The notes: generated by a model from the letters alone, not told the origin. 64,000 bases of DNA from Flavobacteriales bacterium (GCA_947496375.1 CANMCY010000001.1:70756-134755), one strand, 5' to 3'; counted from the first letter of the stretch, positions 29,869 to 41,205 are shown. Made by a program: numbers and translations.

Positions 29869-30240
29869 ATGGTTAGAAAACTACTTTGCCTATTATTGTT
29901 GTTCTCTGCCGGAAGCGCCTATCTTCCATTGTTTGCGCGCACTTTTCCTCCCAATACCATTGTTGAGCCGGGCCCGGGTTTTACCTTACACCCCAACCCC
30001 GTAACAGGTACCTGGTTTCACATCAATCTAGCCTTTTCAGAATCCGACTATCCCAATGCTAAGTTCTCCATCAGCAACGTTTTGGGAGAAGTTATTTACG
30101 CCGCCCCCATCAAAAAGACTGAGTTTGCCGGTGCCAAAGTACGCGTAGATGTTGCCGACCTAAAGCTCGACAGAGGGGTTTACTTTGTTCAGGTGTCCGG
30201 AGGCGATAAATCCAGGATACTTCGATTGATCGTTCGATAA
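29869..30240 (+). CDS. Protein consisting of signal peptide plus T9SS CTD only
   Basis: MVRKLLCLLLLFSAGSA..LHPNPV..SNVLGE..GVYFVQV..RLIVR; TATATTTG at 29851-29858 supports the 29869 start. Confidence 0.75.
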   Translation: MVRKLLCLLLLFSAGSAYLPLFARTFPPNTIVEPGPGFTLHPNPVTGTWFHINLAFSESDYPNAKFSISNVLGEVIYAAPIKKTEFAGAKVRVDVADLKLDRGVYFVQVSGGDKSRILRLIVR

Positions 30241-30242
30241 GC

Positions 30243-30707
30243 ATGTCTTCTGTTTCTTTTGTAGTCAGAACTGCTGTTCAGGCAGATGTTAACGCTATTT
30301 TTCAGCTTATTAACGAGCTGGCAGTATTTGAAAAAGCCCCCCATGAAGTAATCAACACACCTGAGGGCCTATTGCATGATGGATTTACCATCAATCCTCC
30401 GCTGTATACCGCGCAGGTGTCCGAAAATGCCGAGGGTGTCATTTTGGGATTTTCCTTATGCTACATTCGCTACAGCACCTGGAAGGGGCCCGTATTATAC
30501 CTTGAAGACCTTTATGTGAAAGAATCATTTAGAGGCAATGGTATCGGTAAAGCGCTGTTTGAGTCCTGCATAGAATATGCGAAAGCTAATGGCTATAAAA
30601 GACTTACCTGGCAAGTGTTGGACTGGAACCGGACAGCCATTGATTTTTACAAAAAATGGAACGCGGTACTGGATCCGGAATGGATTAACGGCTCTCTGAA
30701 CTTTTAA
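30243..30707 (+). CDS. GNAT N-acetyltransferase (SSAT-like)
   Basis: ELAVFEK, YSTWKG..LYLEDLYV..RGNGIG, VLDWN..AIDFY. Confidence 0.9.
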   Translation: MSSVSFVVRTAVQADVNAIFQLINELAVFEKAPHEVINTPEGLLHDGFTINPPLYTAQVSENAEGVILGFSLCYIRYSTWKGPVLYLEDLYVKESFRGNGIGKALFESCIEYAKANGYKRLTWQVLDWNRTAIDFYKKWNAVLDPEWINGSLNF

Positions 30708-30710
30708 TCA

Positions 30711-31346
30711 GTGAAGACCCTCAGAAAACCGCTGTTACTGGCATTGTTTATTTCAGCAATTCCTGTCGTAATATTTTACTTTTTTCAGTTTCATCATGGG
30801 CTTTCATATTCATGGGGCCTTTTCCCCGGCGATAAAAGCCATTTTCAGGGGGTATTTCTTATGCCATTGGTGCATAAGGATTCTGCTCATTTGTGGGGTA
30901 ATACCGTGCAATTGTTTTTTGGTGCTCTGCTGATTGTCATTCATTTTCGTCATTTAACCGCTGTAATTCTATCATCAGTATGGATTTTAGCAGGATTGCT
31001 TCTTTTTTTCATGGGCAATCCGGATTCCATACACATAGGTAGCAGTGGAATTATTTATGGATTATTCAGCTATCTGATTACCGCGGGCTTTAATGCCGGT
31101 AACCGACGTTTGCGGCTATTGTCTTTTATGTTACTTATGTACTACGGCAGTATGTTTTGGGGGATATTTCCCTGGCAGGAAAAAGTTTCCTGGGAAGGAC
31201 ATCTCTCCGGTGCAATTGCCGGTTTGTTATTGGCAATGATTCTCAGGAAACGCTACCGCCGTTTTACCCTGGATTCAGTTCCGGGATGGTTTATGGATGC
31301 TGACAAAAGGGAAGATCCTTATGCGCGTTTTGATAAAAGGGCTTAA
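30711..31346 (+). CDS. Rhomboid intramembrane serine protease
   Basis: H..HLWGN, IGSSG, SWEGHLSGAIAG. Confidence 0.88.
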   Translation: MKTLRKPLLLALFISAIPVVIFYFFQFHHGLSYSWGLFPGDKSHFQGVFLMPLVHKDSAHLWGNTVQLFFGALLIVIHFRHLTAVILSSVWILAGLLLFFMGNPDSIHIGSSGIIYGLFSYLITAGFNAGNRRLRLLSFMLLMYYGSMFWGIFPWQEKVSWEGHLSGAIAGLLLAMILRKRYRRFTLDSVPGWFMDADKREDPYARFDKRA

Positions 31347-32599
31347 TGCACAATGCTTGTCGGTGTTTCCTTTAATGGCTCATCCTTGAAGAGAAACAAA
31401 AACAAAAGTGCTGTTACAAGGGCATAACCTGAAAAGCCCAACCAGATGGCATGCCAGTCTTTTTCATTGCCGTGCAAATAAAATCGGTCAATTAACCAAC
31501 CGCTGGTTTTACTACCCAAAAATGCACCCACGCCATTGGTCATCATCATAAACAATCCCTGTGCGCTGGATCGAATGCCGGATTCCGTGTTGGTTTCAAT
31601 GAATAATGACCCTGAAATATTGAAAAAATCAAAGGCCATTCCATACACCACGCAGCTGAGAATGATCATCCATAGTCCTTCTGCCGGATTACCAAAAGAA
31701 AACAATCCAAATCTTAGCACCCATGCAAACATGGCGAAAAGCATCACCTTTTTAATTCCAAATCGCTTGAGGAAGAAGGGTATAGCCAGAATAAACAATG
31801 TTTCCGATACCTGAGAAATGGACATAATGATAGTGGAGTATTTCACCACAAATGATTCGGGACCATACAACGGATTGTTTTTGAAATCGTCCAGAAAGGT
31901 ATCGCCATACATATTGGTGAGCTGAAGAGCGGCCCCTAGAAACATGGAGAATATAAAAAACAATGCCATTCTGTATCGGGCAAACAGTTTAAAAGCATCC
32001 AGTCCGAGCTGGGAAAAAATACTGTTGTTGCCTGCCTTGGTGTTGGTGGGTTTGCAGGCGGGTAGCGTAAAAGCATAAATCCCCAGGGCGATTGCGGCTG
32101 TGCCTGCGATTAAAAATTGCTGTGCATTGGCCTTGCTTCCTGTAAGGTTGGTTACCCACATGGCCACGATAAATCCAATGGTGCCCCAAACCCTGATGGG
32201 AGGGAACATTCTGATTACATCATACCCCCTTTGGGTAAGCAAAGTGTAAGAAATGGAATTAGATAGTGAAATGGTGGGCATGTAGCAGAACATGGCTGCC
32301 ATGATTAACCAATACAATTCATCGGCAGACTTCATTTCCGGAACCAGCCAAAGAAGAGCGCCATATAAAATCTGCAATATCCCGTATAGCCGCTCTGCAT
32401 TAATCCAACGGTCTGCGATGATGCCGGTTATGGCAGGCATGACCATAGAGGAAATAGCCAGTGTGGAGAAAATAGCCCCAAATTGCTCGCTGCTGCCCAG
32501 CTTATTAACAAAAAAATACGTTCCTATGGTGATGAGCCATGCACCCCACACAAAGAACTGCATAAAGCTGAGTAAGATTAAACGGAAGCGGATATCCAT
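31343..32599 (-). CDS. Nucleoside:H+ symporter (NupG-like MFS)
   Basis: QFFVWGAW, FPPIRVWGTIGFI, SQVSE, YGMAFDFFNISG. Confidence 0.9.
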   Translation of the reverse strand: MDIRFRLILLSFMQFFVWGAWLITIGTYFFVNKLGSSEQFGAIFSTLAISSMVMPAITGIIADRWINAERLYGILQILYGALLWLVPEMKSADELYWLIMAAMFCYMPTISLSNSISYTLLTQRGYDVIRMFPPIRVWGTIGFIVAMWVTNLTGSKANAQQFLIAGTAAIALGIYAFTLPACKPTNTKAGNNSIFSQLGLDAFKLFARYRMALFFIFSMFLGAALQLTNMYGDTFLDDFKNNPLYGPESFVVKYSTIIMSISQVSETLFILAIPFFLKRFGIKKVMLFAMFAWVLRFGLFSFGNPAEGLWMIILSCVVYGMAFDFFNISGSLFIETNTESGIRSSAQGLFMMMTNGVGAFLGSKTSGWLIDRFYLHGNEKDWHAIWLGFSGYALVTALLFLFLFKDEPLKETPTSIVH

Positions 32600-32638
32600 G
32601 CAGGCGAAAATATCAAATTGCCTGCATAAAACAATAAA

Positions 32639-33217
32639 TTACTTCAAAACCAGCTGTTCAATGCTGTCAATCAAAGCATGAATTACTTTGATGTGTATTT
32701 CCTGCGCGCGATCGGCATAGTCAGACTTGGGTGCCCTGATTTCTATGTCACATAACGGAGCCATCTGGCCGCCATCCTTTCCGGTAAGGCCTATGGTTTT
32801 CATGCCCTGATTTTTTGCAGCTTCCATAGCCAGTATGATGTTGCGGCTGTTGCCACTGCTGCTGATTCCAAGTAAAATATCACCGGGTTTACCCAGCCCT
32901 TCTATGTAACGGCTGAAAATAAATTCATATCCGTAATCATTGCCAACACAGCTTATGTGGCTCGGGTCGCTGATGGCGATTGCTGCCAAAGCCCTGCGAT
33001 TGCCCCGATAGCGGCCGCTCAGCTCCTCTGCAAAATGCATGGCATCGCAGTGACTGCCCCCATTGCCGCAACTGATGATTTTACCGCCATTCAACAAGCA
33101 TTCGGCCATCATCGCGGCTGCTTGAGCTATTCGCTGCATGTTTTGTTCATCTTCTGTGAACAAACGCAGTGTTTCTGCCGCTTCGGTAAAATGCTGTTTG
33201 ATTCGTTCCTGTGTCAT
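32639..33217 (-). CDS. gmhA: Sedoheptulose-7-phosphate isomerase
   Basis: [40 protein letters not shown]. Confidence 0.95.
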   Translation of the reverse strand: MTQERIKQHFTEAAETLRLFTEDEQNMQRIAQAAAMMAECLLNGGKIISCGNGGSHCDAMHFAEELSGRYRGNRRALAAIAISDPSHISCVGNDYGYEFIFSRYIEGLGKPGDILLGISSSGNSRNIILAMEAAKNQGMKTIGLTGKDGGQMAPLCDIEIRAPKSDYADRAQEIHIKVIHALIDSIEQLVLK

Positions 33218-35325
33218 GGCTGTATTTTTTTGAATTCGCTGATTCCGTTTTGTAAAAACACCTTGAATTTTTCAGCATTGTAATCAAAGGTCTCTGCACT
33301 CCCGGGGTGTTGGAGCAGAATTTCATCCCCTGTCATTAGAACGTATAGTGGCTGACTGTTGCTGTTGAAATAACATGCCTGTATCTCCGCATTCTTTTCT
33401 CCCAGGGTTGTAATCATTTTACCCGAAAACTTACCCTTGAATTGCTCAGATTCGCTCAGTTTTATCTTTTTATCATCTACATATAATGAAACAACCACAT
33501 AGTCGTTCTTCAACAATTTCAACACTTCCGGGTTGCTCCACACTTTCTCTTCCATCTTTCGGCAGTTTACACAACCATGTCCGGTGAAATCGATAAACAG
33601 GGGTTTTTTCTGTGCTTTGGCACATGCCAGTGCTTCTTCATAATCAAAATACCCCTGAATACCATGTGGTATATGCAATTGTCCGGCGTATTTGGGTGTG
33701 TTGCAGTTTGCTGCTGTTATCTCCGTAACATCAGATTCGTTACCCAAGCGGAAATCCTGGGTATGCATAGGGGGCAAATAGCCGGCCAGAGATTTTAACG
33801 GAGCGCCCCAAAGTCCCGGTATCAGGTATACTACAAATGACCAGGTAGCAATGACAAGCATCAATCGGGTAACCGACCAGTAAGGAATATCACTGTCGTG
33901 CGAAAATTTGATTTTACCCATCAGGTAAATGGCCATCAGCGAAAAAATGACAATCCAAAGGGCCAGGTAGATTTCGCGGTCCAGCAGCCCCCAATGGTAG
34001 GTTTGATCTGCAGTACTCAAAAATTTGAGGGCAAATGCAAGTTCAATAAAGCCCAAAACCACCTTTACACTATTCAGCCATCCTCCGCTTTTGGGCAGAC
34101 TTTTCATATAGCTGGGAAAAATCACCAGCAGGCCAAAGGGGAGGGCAAAAGCCAGGGAAAATCCAAGCATGGCAATGATGGGAGTGCTAAGGCCACCCTT
34201 CGCGCTTTCAACCAGAACACTGCCGACAATAGGACCTGTGCACGAAAAAGAAACCAGTGCAATGGTCAGTGCCATGAATACAGGACCTGCAATTCCACCC
34301 TTGTCGGCCCTTTTGTCTATGGCGTTCACCCACGATGCAGGCAAAACCAGTTCGAAGGCACCAAAAAAACTGGCCGCAAACACGATGAAAATAACGAAAA
34401 AGAAAACATTGGGTATCCAGTGCGTGCTAAGCCAGTTGGCTGCATCGGGGCCCACCAGTTTGCTTACCAGTGTTCCGATAATGACATAAATAAGAATGAT
34501 GGCTGCAGCAAACACAATCCCATCTCGTATCGATTTTTTCTTGTCTTCATTTTTTAAGAAAAAGGCAACCGTCATCGGAATCATAGGAAATACGCAAGGG
34601 GTGAGAAGCGCCAATAATCCGGAGGTAAAGGCAAGCCAGAATACCAGCCCCAGGCCTTTGTTGGCGGTTTCGTTTTTAGCGCTTCCCAGGTTACCGGTAT
34701 ATTTCAGCTCAGTGCAGTTGCCGGTTCCCGATTTGTATGAGGTTTTTTCTCCTGATTTGAGGGTTGGGGTATCCGTGAAGTTGCTGCTTTTCAAGGTGTC
34801 CGAATTGATTAACGCTGTCGGTGCCTCTTCAGCAGGGCCCTCTGCAGTTACGGGATTCTGTGCTTCCAGTGTTTCTTCTATCTTCACACACTGGCTTTCG
34901 TCGCACATCTGACCACTAAAACTGCATACCAGCTTTTGAATACTCCCGGTAACTTTAATTTTTTGTTTGAAAACCGCTTTGGCCTGAAATACACCCGTTT
35001 TACAGTTGATTTTGTCTAATTCAGCCAGCTCATCGGTTTTCATTTCATCGCCTATGCCATAGCTTTTGCCTACCGGAATAAAATGGTCTCCGCTAAAGGT
35101 GAGTGAAGCCCTGGTGTAGCCCACATCTTCTGCACAGGTGCTTTTTTCGCTGTAAATATGCATTCCGGATGCCGGCGATAAGCTGACTGTGATCTCAATG
35201 ATGTCGCCCACTTTAACCTTTGATGCGGAAAAAGTCATGCTTTTGGCTGTGGGCTTTTTCATTTGTGCTGTCAACGGTAACGAAATGACCGACAACAAAA
35301 GGACGATGTAAGACTGTATTTTCAT
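33214..35325 (-). CDS. dsbD: Thiol:disulfide interchange protein DsbD
   Basis: [38 protein letters not shown]. Confidence 0.9.
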   Translation of the reverse strand: MKIQSYIVLLLSVISLPLTAQMKKPTAKSMTFSASKVKVGDIIEITVSLSPASGMHIYSEKSTCAEDVGYTRASLTFSGDHFIPVGKSYGIGDEMKTDELAELDKINCKTGVFQAKAVFKQKIKVTGSIQKLVCSFSGQMCDESQCVKIEETLEAQNPVTAEGPAEEAPTALINSDTLKSSNFTDTPTLKSGEKTSYKSGTGNCTELKYTGNLGSAKNETANKGLGLVFWLAFTSGLLALLTPCVFPMIPMTVAFFLKNEDKKKSIRDGIVFAAAIILIYVIIGTLVSKLVGPDAANWLSTHWIPNVFFFVIFIVFAASFFGAFELVLPASWVNAIDKRADKGGIAGPVFMALTIALVSFSCTGPIVGSVLVESAKGGLSTPIIAMLGFSLAFALPFGLLVIFPSYMKSLPKSGGWLNSVKVVLGFIELAFALKFLSTADQTYHWGLLDREIYLALWIVIFSLMAIYLMGKIKFSHDSDIPYWSVTRLMLVIATWSFVVYLIPGLWGAPLKSLAGYLPPMHTQDFRLGNESDVTEITAANCNTPKYAGQLHIPHGIQGYFDYEEALACAKAQKKPLFIDFTGHGCVNCRKMEEKVWSNPEVLKLLKNDYVVVSLYVDDKKIKLSESEQFKGKFSGKMITTLGEKNAEIQACYFNSNSQPLYVLMTGDEILLQHPGSAETFDYNAEKFKVFLQNGISEFKKIQP

Positions 35326-35493
35326 GTAATTACTGCAAAAAAACGAAATTTTCAGGACTATTCATGTAACCAGTGTAACACTATATGGTAACAAACAGAT
35401 GTGAATTATTCCATTTTCGTTGCATTGCTTATGCACTTTTGTGTGAAAAAGAATAGAAGCATTGTTTTTTCGTTCTGTATTTTTGAACAACCC

Positions 35494-36948
35494 ATGCATC
35501 TCCTTCGTTGTACCCTTTTGCTCACGCTGCATTTGTTTTTGTGCTTTAATATCAAGGCACAAAAGATGAATACGGTCCAATACATAGAGGAGTTCAAGTT
35601 TGCCGCCATGCAGGAAATGAAGATTTATGGGATACCGGCTTCGGTTACCCTGGCCCAGGGGATTTTGGAAAGTGCAAGTGGAAATAGCAAGCTGGCCAAA
35701 GACTGTAACAACCATTTTGGTATTAAATGTCGTAAAAACTGGACAGGCAATTATTGCCTGGCCGATGATGATGCACCGGATGAATGCTTCAGGGGTTATG
35801 GCAGCGCCATGGAAAGTTATCGAGACCACAGTCTTTTTCTGAAAGGAGCATCTCGGTATGATTTTTTATTTAGTTTGCCCGCCACAGACTACAAGGCATG
35901 GGCCCATGGGCTCAGGCAGGCAGGTTATGCCACCAATCCGGCTTATGGAAACATTATCATCAGTGTGGTGGACAGGTATCGCCTTTCCATGTATGACAGC
36001 ATGACCATTTTGGGTGATGATTACGATACTCCGGACACAGCTGCAAGCCGGCTGATACAAAAACATGGTCTACCTGCGGTAATTGCATTGAAGAGTCAAA
36101 AACCGGAAGATATAGCCAAGCTATATGATTTGGGCTCATGGCAAATTTATAAATATAACGACCTAAAGAATGGCGAGGATCTGAAACCGGGCGAAATAAT
36201 ATACCTGAAGCCCAAAAAGCGCAGGGCTACTGCAGATTTTCATGCTGTGAGGGAAGGAGAAACCCTTCGAGATATCAGTCAGCAACATGCGGTCAAACTC
36301 AAAAAACTGGAAAAATTCAATCAGATTGTGGCATCAAAACCCCTGAAGCCGGGTGAGATTATTTACCTGCGAGAAAAAAGATTGAATGACTCCCTCAAGA
36401 AAGAAGCAATAAAACGGCAGTCAGAAGTGCAAGAGGAAAGCGATTCCGTATTAAGAATAGCGAAGGAAGGCGATACGTGGCAGAGTCTGGGAAGTCAAAA
36501 TGGAAAGCGGCCTGAAGAACTGAAAAAAAATAATGCAGACATAGAACGTCCGGTGCCGGGGCAGGTTGTGCTGATTTCATCGGAAAAAATCACCGATAAA
36601 ACGGTTGCTGATATGCCGTCAACTGCCGGCAAGATCATGTTTCATTCGGTAATTAAGGGTGAGACCGTATACAGTATTTCCCGGCTTTATAAAATTTCGC
36701 CGGATTCATTGATAAAATGGAACAAAATTAAAGATCATCAAATTAGGGGGGGGCAGGAGTTACAGGTTCAAAGCCCCGATAGCAATGTCCAAGGCAAACA
36801 AAATCAAACACATACGGTATCTGCTGGTGAAACCCTGTTTCAGATTTCGCGTCGGTATGGAGTTTCTGTGGCTGATTTACAGCAGCAAAATGGGCTGAAA
36901 GGCACTGAAATTAAGGTTGGACAACGGATTGTGATTGTGCGGTATTGA
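35494..36948 (+). CDS. GH73 glucosaminidase with multiple LysM domains (peptidoglycan hydrolase)
   Basis: IPASVTLAQGILES, NNHFGIKC, AGYATNP; LysM repeats HAVREGETL, HSVIKGETVY, HTVSAGETLF; TATTTTTG at 35478-35485 supports the 35494 start. Confidence 0.92.
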   Translation: MHLLRCTLLLTLHLFLCFNIKAQKMNTVQYIEEFKFAAMQEMKIYGIPASVTLAQGILESASGNSKLAKDCNNHFGIKCRKNWTGNYCLADDDAPDECFRGYGSAMESYRDHSLFLKGASRYDFLFSLPATDYKAWAHGLRQAGYATNPAYGNIIISVVDRYRLSMYDSMTILGDDYDTPDTAASRLIQKHGLPAVIALKSQKPEDIAKLYDLGSWQIYKYNDLKNGEDLKPGEIIYLKPKKRRATADFHAVREGETLRDISQQHAVKLKKLEKFNQIVASKPLKPGEIIYLREKRLNDSLKKEAIKRQSEVQEESDSVLRIAKEGDTWQSLGSQNGKRPEELKKNNADIERPVPGQVVLISSEKITDKTVADMPSTAGKIMFHSVIKGETVYSISRLYKISPDSLIKWNKIKDHQIRGGQELQVQSPDSNVQGKQNQTHTVSAGETLFQISRRYGVSVADLQQQNGLKGTEIKVGQRIVIVRY

Positions 36949-37008
36949 TGGGTTCTTAACAGAAAAGTCATATTTCTGTCATAAGCGGAAACTTTTTTTT
37001 AAAATTTA

Positions 37009-37034
37009 TGCAACCTTTGGGGGGTATAGCGTCA
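37009..37034 (+). promoter_or_regulatory. Possible ECF-sigma-type promoter upstream of the surface-protein array
   Basis: TGCAAC-N15-CGTCA about 45 nt before the ATG at 37080. Confidence 0.3.
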
Positions 37035-37079
37035 TTTTTTTAGCTATAATTGCAACAACTACAAACAAATTTTCATACT

Positions 37080-40000
37080 ATGAAGCTAACAATTACCAAA
37101 ATCACCAGAGCGCTAGGCCTTATGGGCATTGGCTTTCTGGCCATGATGCCGGGTGGTTCAAAGGGGCAAATCTGCACCGCAACGAACTCCTGGGGTTGTG
37201 GACACAACTACGGTGGTAACATCGTGGAAATCAAAATCAGCGACAATGGCGGAACGCTTGCAAGCTATTCAGGCTTGGCTTGTTCAACCACCGCAGCAAC
37301 TAACAACGTGCTGGTTAACTCCGGAAATCCTATCGACATTACTGCCGGCCAGGATCTTACCCTGGAAATCACCGGTTCAGTAGATGCTTACGGTTGGGGT
37401 TACCTTACCCGTGTAGGCATCTGGCTTGATTACGATCGCAACAACAGCTTTTCTGCTGCAGAGTGTATCGCCAGTCCTTCCAGCGGTCCTTGGGCCTCTA
37501 TCGGAACCACAGCGGTGAAATCTACGCTGAAGTTGCCTTGCTGGTCTGCTACTGGTGCCAGCACCATGCGTTTCCGTGGTTTCTACTACTACTCTACTGT
37601 AAACACCAGCATGGGTTGCGGTTCACAGAATACCTATGGAAACATTATTGATGTTGCTGTAAACTTAAAAGTGGGTGCTCCTCCTGTGGCCAATTTCATT
37701 GTTCCTACAGGTCCTAACTACGAGAACACTGTGGTTAAGTTTAACGCTGCTAACCCTAACTCAGCTTACACCTACACCTGGACTTATTCAGGTCCTAATG
37801 TAACCCCTGTTTCTACAACCGGAACCGTAGGCCGTGCTATCTGGACCCCCCCCTCGCCACCTGCCACATTCGACGTGAATATGCTGGTGAGCTATTGCGG
37901 TATTAAAGACTCAATTTCAAAATCAGTTACCATTGTTAGTCCTATCAATGTTCCAACGGCTGATTTTATTGCTAAAGCGAATTCCGTGGAAATCTACTAT
38001 GATGCGGAAATGCTGGATCTTTCTACCAACGGTGCATACAAATGGAGCTGGGAAGCAACTTCTCCATCGGGCTCTCTGTATACCAGCACCACTCAAAATG
38101 CTAAATTCTTCATGGATGAAATAGGTAAGTGGGATTTCTGTCTGACTGCTGAAAACAGCAAAGGCGCTTCTACTAAGACCTGCAAAACTCAGTATGTTGA
38201 ATGTACTCCTCCTTCAGAATTTTATATTGGTATCACCACCCTGGGTGAAAACAAAAAAGGTACCCTGTATGATCATGCCGGTCCAACCGCCAACTACAGC
38301 TCAAACCGTAAAACCAGTATCGATTATTTTAAAATTCTCCCTTGCGGTGCCAAAGAAATTCGTTTGAAGTTCAAACAGATTCGTTTTGCTGATGCCAACG
38401 ACCGTCTCCGTATCTACGATGCAGGTCAGGCAGACGCAGGCAAAGAACTGACACCTGCTGCAGGTATCACCAGCGCTAACCAGGCTACTTACCGTAGTTC
38501 AACCTTCACTGCCAAGAGCGGTGCTATGTATATCACTTTCGAATCTAACGCATCAGGTCAGGATTCAGGTTTCATCGCTACATGGGATTCAGATCTCGCT
38601 CCTCCCGTTAAGCCAAATCCATCTTGGTCTACCGTGTACAACCCTGCCGCTATCGGCACTCAGGTTGAATTCAAGAATACTTCTTCCAATGTACAGGGTG
38701 CACCTGCTTGGGAATGGAGCATCGACGGAAATCCTGAAGCTGTTTCAGAAAGCTACACCCGTGTATTCCCCGCAGACGGTACCTACAACGTATGTCTTTC
38801 AGCCACTACCTGTGATGGTGCTGACACTTTCTGCAAAACCATCGATATCGTAACCCCTACTAAGCCAGGTTCATTGGACTTCACTGCCAGCAACGTTCGT
38901 CCTGATGCCGGTAAGACAGTTGACTTTACCATTACTTCTGACTATGCTACCAATTTTGAGTGGAACATTTTCCCAACCAGCTACACTGTAGTTTCAGGTT
39001 CATTGGTAGGTACCAGCAAGAAATTGACTCTTCGTTTCGATCAGGGTGGTTGCTATACCTTTACCCTCAAGGGCTGGAACGCTGCTGAAAACCCTGCAGG
39101 TTCTACCGAGAAAAAAGTGATCAAGAACAAATACGTTTGTGCATTGAACTACTGCATTCCTCTGGTTGATCTTTTAAGTTCTGATATCGGAATCAACAAG
39201 GTTACTTTGACCAAAGGTTCTACTACACTCATCAAAAACGAAACAACCAGCGGTGAAAAAGCATACTCTGATTTCTCAACAACTCAGAAAGCTACCCTCA
39301 CCTTCGGTGCAACTTACACCCTGGATGTAGCTCGTCTGACCAACAGTAACAGTCTTAACTATAAGGCATGGATCGACTTTAACGTTGATGGTGACTTCAA
39401 CGATGCCGGTGAAGAAATCATGAGCACCGGTATGATTAGCGGTTTGGATGCTACTACTACCTTCACAGTTCCTAACAAGTCTGCCAGCTTCGAAGGCAAC
39501 ACACGTCTGCGTGTAGCCAGCAGCTATGGTAACTTTACCAATACCCCCTGCGGTGTAAATACTGTAGGTGAGTATGAAGACTATGGCATTACCCTTGCTA
39601 ATGATGGTGCTGCACCTGTAATTACCCTGATTGGTAAAGATACTCTTTATGTTGAGCGTACCGGTACTTCAAACGGTTGCTGGGCTGAAGTTGCTACTAC
39701 TACTTACACTGCCAATGACCCAACTGAAGGTGACATGACTTCTAAAGTTAATGTTAACTCTGATCTGGATTGTACCATCCCCGGTATCTACAGCATTGAA
39801 TTTACCCTTTCTGATGCTTCAGGCAACAATGCTGTAACTAAGCGTCGTACAGTATACGTAGTACTTGACAGAACTGCTCCTACACTTACCTTGAACGGAA
39901 ATGCAGTTGAGAAAGTAGAACAGTGCGGTACCTACAGCGAGCCCGGTGCAATTGCAACTGACGCAGTTGATGGTAACCTTACTACTGCTGTAATTATCAG

Positions 40001-41150
40001 CGGTTCCGTAAATACCTCAAAAGTTGGTGACTATGTAATGACTTACACCGTAAGTGACGCTCAGGGTAACACTGCTACTAAGACCCGCACAGTTCAGGTA
40101 CGTGATACCAAGAAGCCAGGTATCTTTAGCGTAGGTAACCGTATCGTTAACAACACCATTGTTAAGGTTCAAATCAACAGCGTGTTTGTAGATAATGTCT
40201 ATGCTCAGGATGAGTGTAATGGTGCTATCGATGTAGTTAAGACTGCCGGCTTTAACGGCCCTGTTAATACTGCCATTCGTGCTACTTACCCCATCGTATA
40301 CACTGCTGTAGATCCTAATGGAAACACTGCCGATGAAGATGGTTTCGTAATTAACTATCAGGTGGATGATTACATTGCACCCGAAGTTTCTCTGAACACT
40401 GAGTCTGTAATTTTCCACGACGTAAATACTCCTTATGTATCTCGTAATGTTACCGTAAGTGATAACTTCTACCCGCTGAACAAAGTGAGTGTTGTTAAAA
40501 CCGGAACTGTAGATCCATATACACTGGGTACCTACACTGAAAGCTACACTGCTACCGATGAAAGCGGAAACACCACTACTGCAGTTCGTACAGTAAACGT
40601 GGTAGATCGCATTGCTCCTCAGATTCTTGCTCCTGCCATGAACGTGTGCGTAGGTACTCCTTTCTGGGCCATGAGCGGTCTGGTAATCAGCGACAACTAC
40701 TACTCACCTTCTACCCTGTCTCCTCTGGTATCAGTGTTGAACCACAACGTCAACATTTACGAAGCTGGTGTTTACTACATCAACTATACTCTTTCTGATC
40801 CTAGCGGCAACAAGGCCATGATGGTAACACGTCCTGTGTTCGTAAACTATCCTCCTAACTGTCAGAATACTTACCTGAGCACAGCTAATGTTAGTCTGGA
40901 AGATGCAGTAAGTGTGTTCCCTAACCCTACCAGCGGTAAGGTAACCCTCAGCTACATGCTTCAGAACAGCAAGCCCGTGAGCGTGGAAGTGTTCAACGTG
41001 TCAGGCAGCAAAGTTGCTTCGTTCAATAACCTGAAATCAGGTCTCGGTCACACCGAAATCAACCTGGCTCAGTATGGTAACGGAGTTTACATGATCCGCC
41101 TGAGCAACGACGGACAGACCACAACCAAGCGTGTTGTAGTTAGAAACTAA
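37080..41150 (+). CDS. Large T9SS surface protein, copy 1 (GEVED-like, PKD, CUB, PKD, GEVED, 5x DUF5011 Ig-like, CTD)
   Basis: WIDFNVDGDFNDAGEE..TRLRV..GEYEDY; APVITLIG/DRTAPTLTL repeats; VFPNPTSG..GVYMIRL..KRVVV; start is the ATG at 37080. Confidence 0.88.
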   Translation: MKLTITKITRALGLMGIGFLAMMPGGSKGQICTATNSWGCGHNYGGNIVEIKISDNGGTLASYSGLACSTTAATNNVLVNSGNPIDITAGQDLTLEITGSVDAYGWGYLTRVGIWLDYDRNNSFSAAECIASPSSGPWASIGTTAVKSTLKLPCWSATGASTMRFRGFYYYSTVNTSMGCGSQNTYGNIIDVAVNLKVGAPPVANFIVPTGPNYENTVVKFNAANPNSAYTYTWTYSGPNVTPVSTTGTVGRAIWTPPSPPATFDVNMLVSYCGIKDSISKSVTIVSPINVPTADFIAKANSVEIYYDAEMLDLSTNGAYKWSWEATSPSGSLYTSTTQNAKFFMDEIGKWDFCLTAENSKGASTKTCKTQYVECTPPSEFYIGITTLGENKKGTLYDHAGPTANYSSNRKTSIDYFKILPCGAKEIRLKFKQIRFADANDRLRIYDAGQADAGKELTPAAGITSANQATYRSSTFTAKSGAMYITFESNASGQDSGFIATWDSDLAPPVKPNPSWSTVYNPAAIGTQVEFKNTSSNVQGAPAWEWSIDGNPEAVSESYTRVFPADGTYNVCLSATTCDGADTFCKTIDIVTPTKPGSLDFTASNVRPDAGKTVDFTITSDYATNFEWNIFPTSYTVVSGSLVGTSKKLTLRFDQGGCYTFTLKGWNAAENPAGSTEKKVIKNKYVCALNYCIPLVDLLSSDIGINKVTLTKGSTTLIKNETTSGEKAYSDFSTTQKATLTFGATYTLDVARLTNSNSLNYKAWIDFNVDGDFNDAGEEIMSTGMISGLDATTTFTVPNKSASFEGNTRLRVASSYGNFTNTPCGVNTVGEYEDYGITLANDGAAPVITLIGKDTLYVERTGTSNGCWAEVATTTYTANDPTEGDMTSKVNVNSDLDCTIPGIYSIEFTLSDASGNNAVTKRRTVYVVLDRTAPTLTLNGNAVEKVEQCGTYSEPGAIATDAVDGNLTTAVIISGSVNTSKVGDYVMTYTVSDAQGNTATKTRTVQVRDTKKPGIFSVGNRIVNNTIVKVQINSVFVDNVYAQDECNGAIDVVKTAGFNGPVNTAIRATYPIVYTAVDPNGNTADEDGFVINYQVDDYIAPEVSLNTESVIFHDVNTPYVSRNVTVSDNFYPLNKVSVVKTGTVDPYTLGTYTESYTATDESGNTTTAVRTVNVVDRIAPQILAPAMNVCVGTPFWAMSGLVISDNYYSPSTLSPLVSVLNHNVNIYEAGVYYINYTLSDPSGNKAMMVTRPVFVNYPPNCQNTYLSTANVSLEDAVSVFPNPTSGKVTLSYMLQNSKPVSVEVFNVSGSKVASFNNLKSGLGHTEINLAQYGNGVYMIRLSNDGQTTTKRVVVRN

Positions 41151-41205
41151 TTAAGCGTTAGCTTATAAAATAAAAAGCCCGGCCTAGTGCCGGGCTTTTT
41201 ATTTT
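40920..41205 (+). repeat. 286-bp direct repeat, copy A (CTD coding + stop + terminator)
   Basis: Identical to 45323-45608 except three synonymous T/C differences. Confidence 0.95.
41167..41205 (+). terminator. Rho-independent terminator
   Basis: 17-bp inverted repeat AAAATAAAAAGCCCGGC-CTAGT-GCCGGGCTTTTTATTTT. Confidence 0.9.

Noticed and set aside
33898..34912. Long plus-strand ORFs (219, 106 and 138 aa) opposite dsbD, and similar ones such as 9211-9744
   Set aside because: Antisense shadows of well-supported genes with no recognisable motifs
35366..35392. Three GTAAC pentamers between dsbD and the glucosaminidase
   Set aside because: Irregular spacing and short length; could arise by chance
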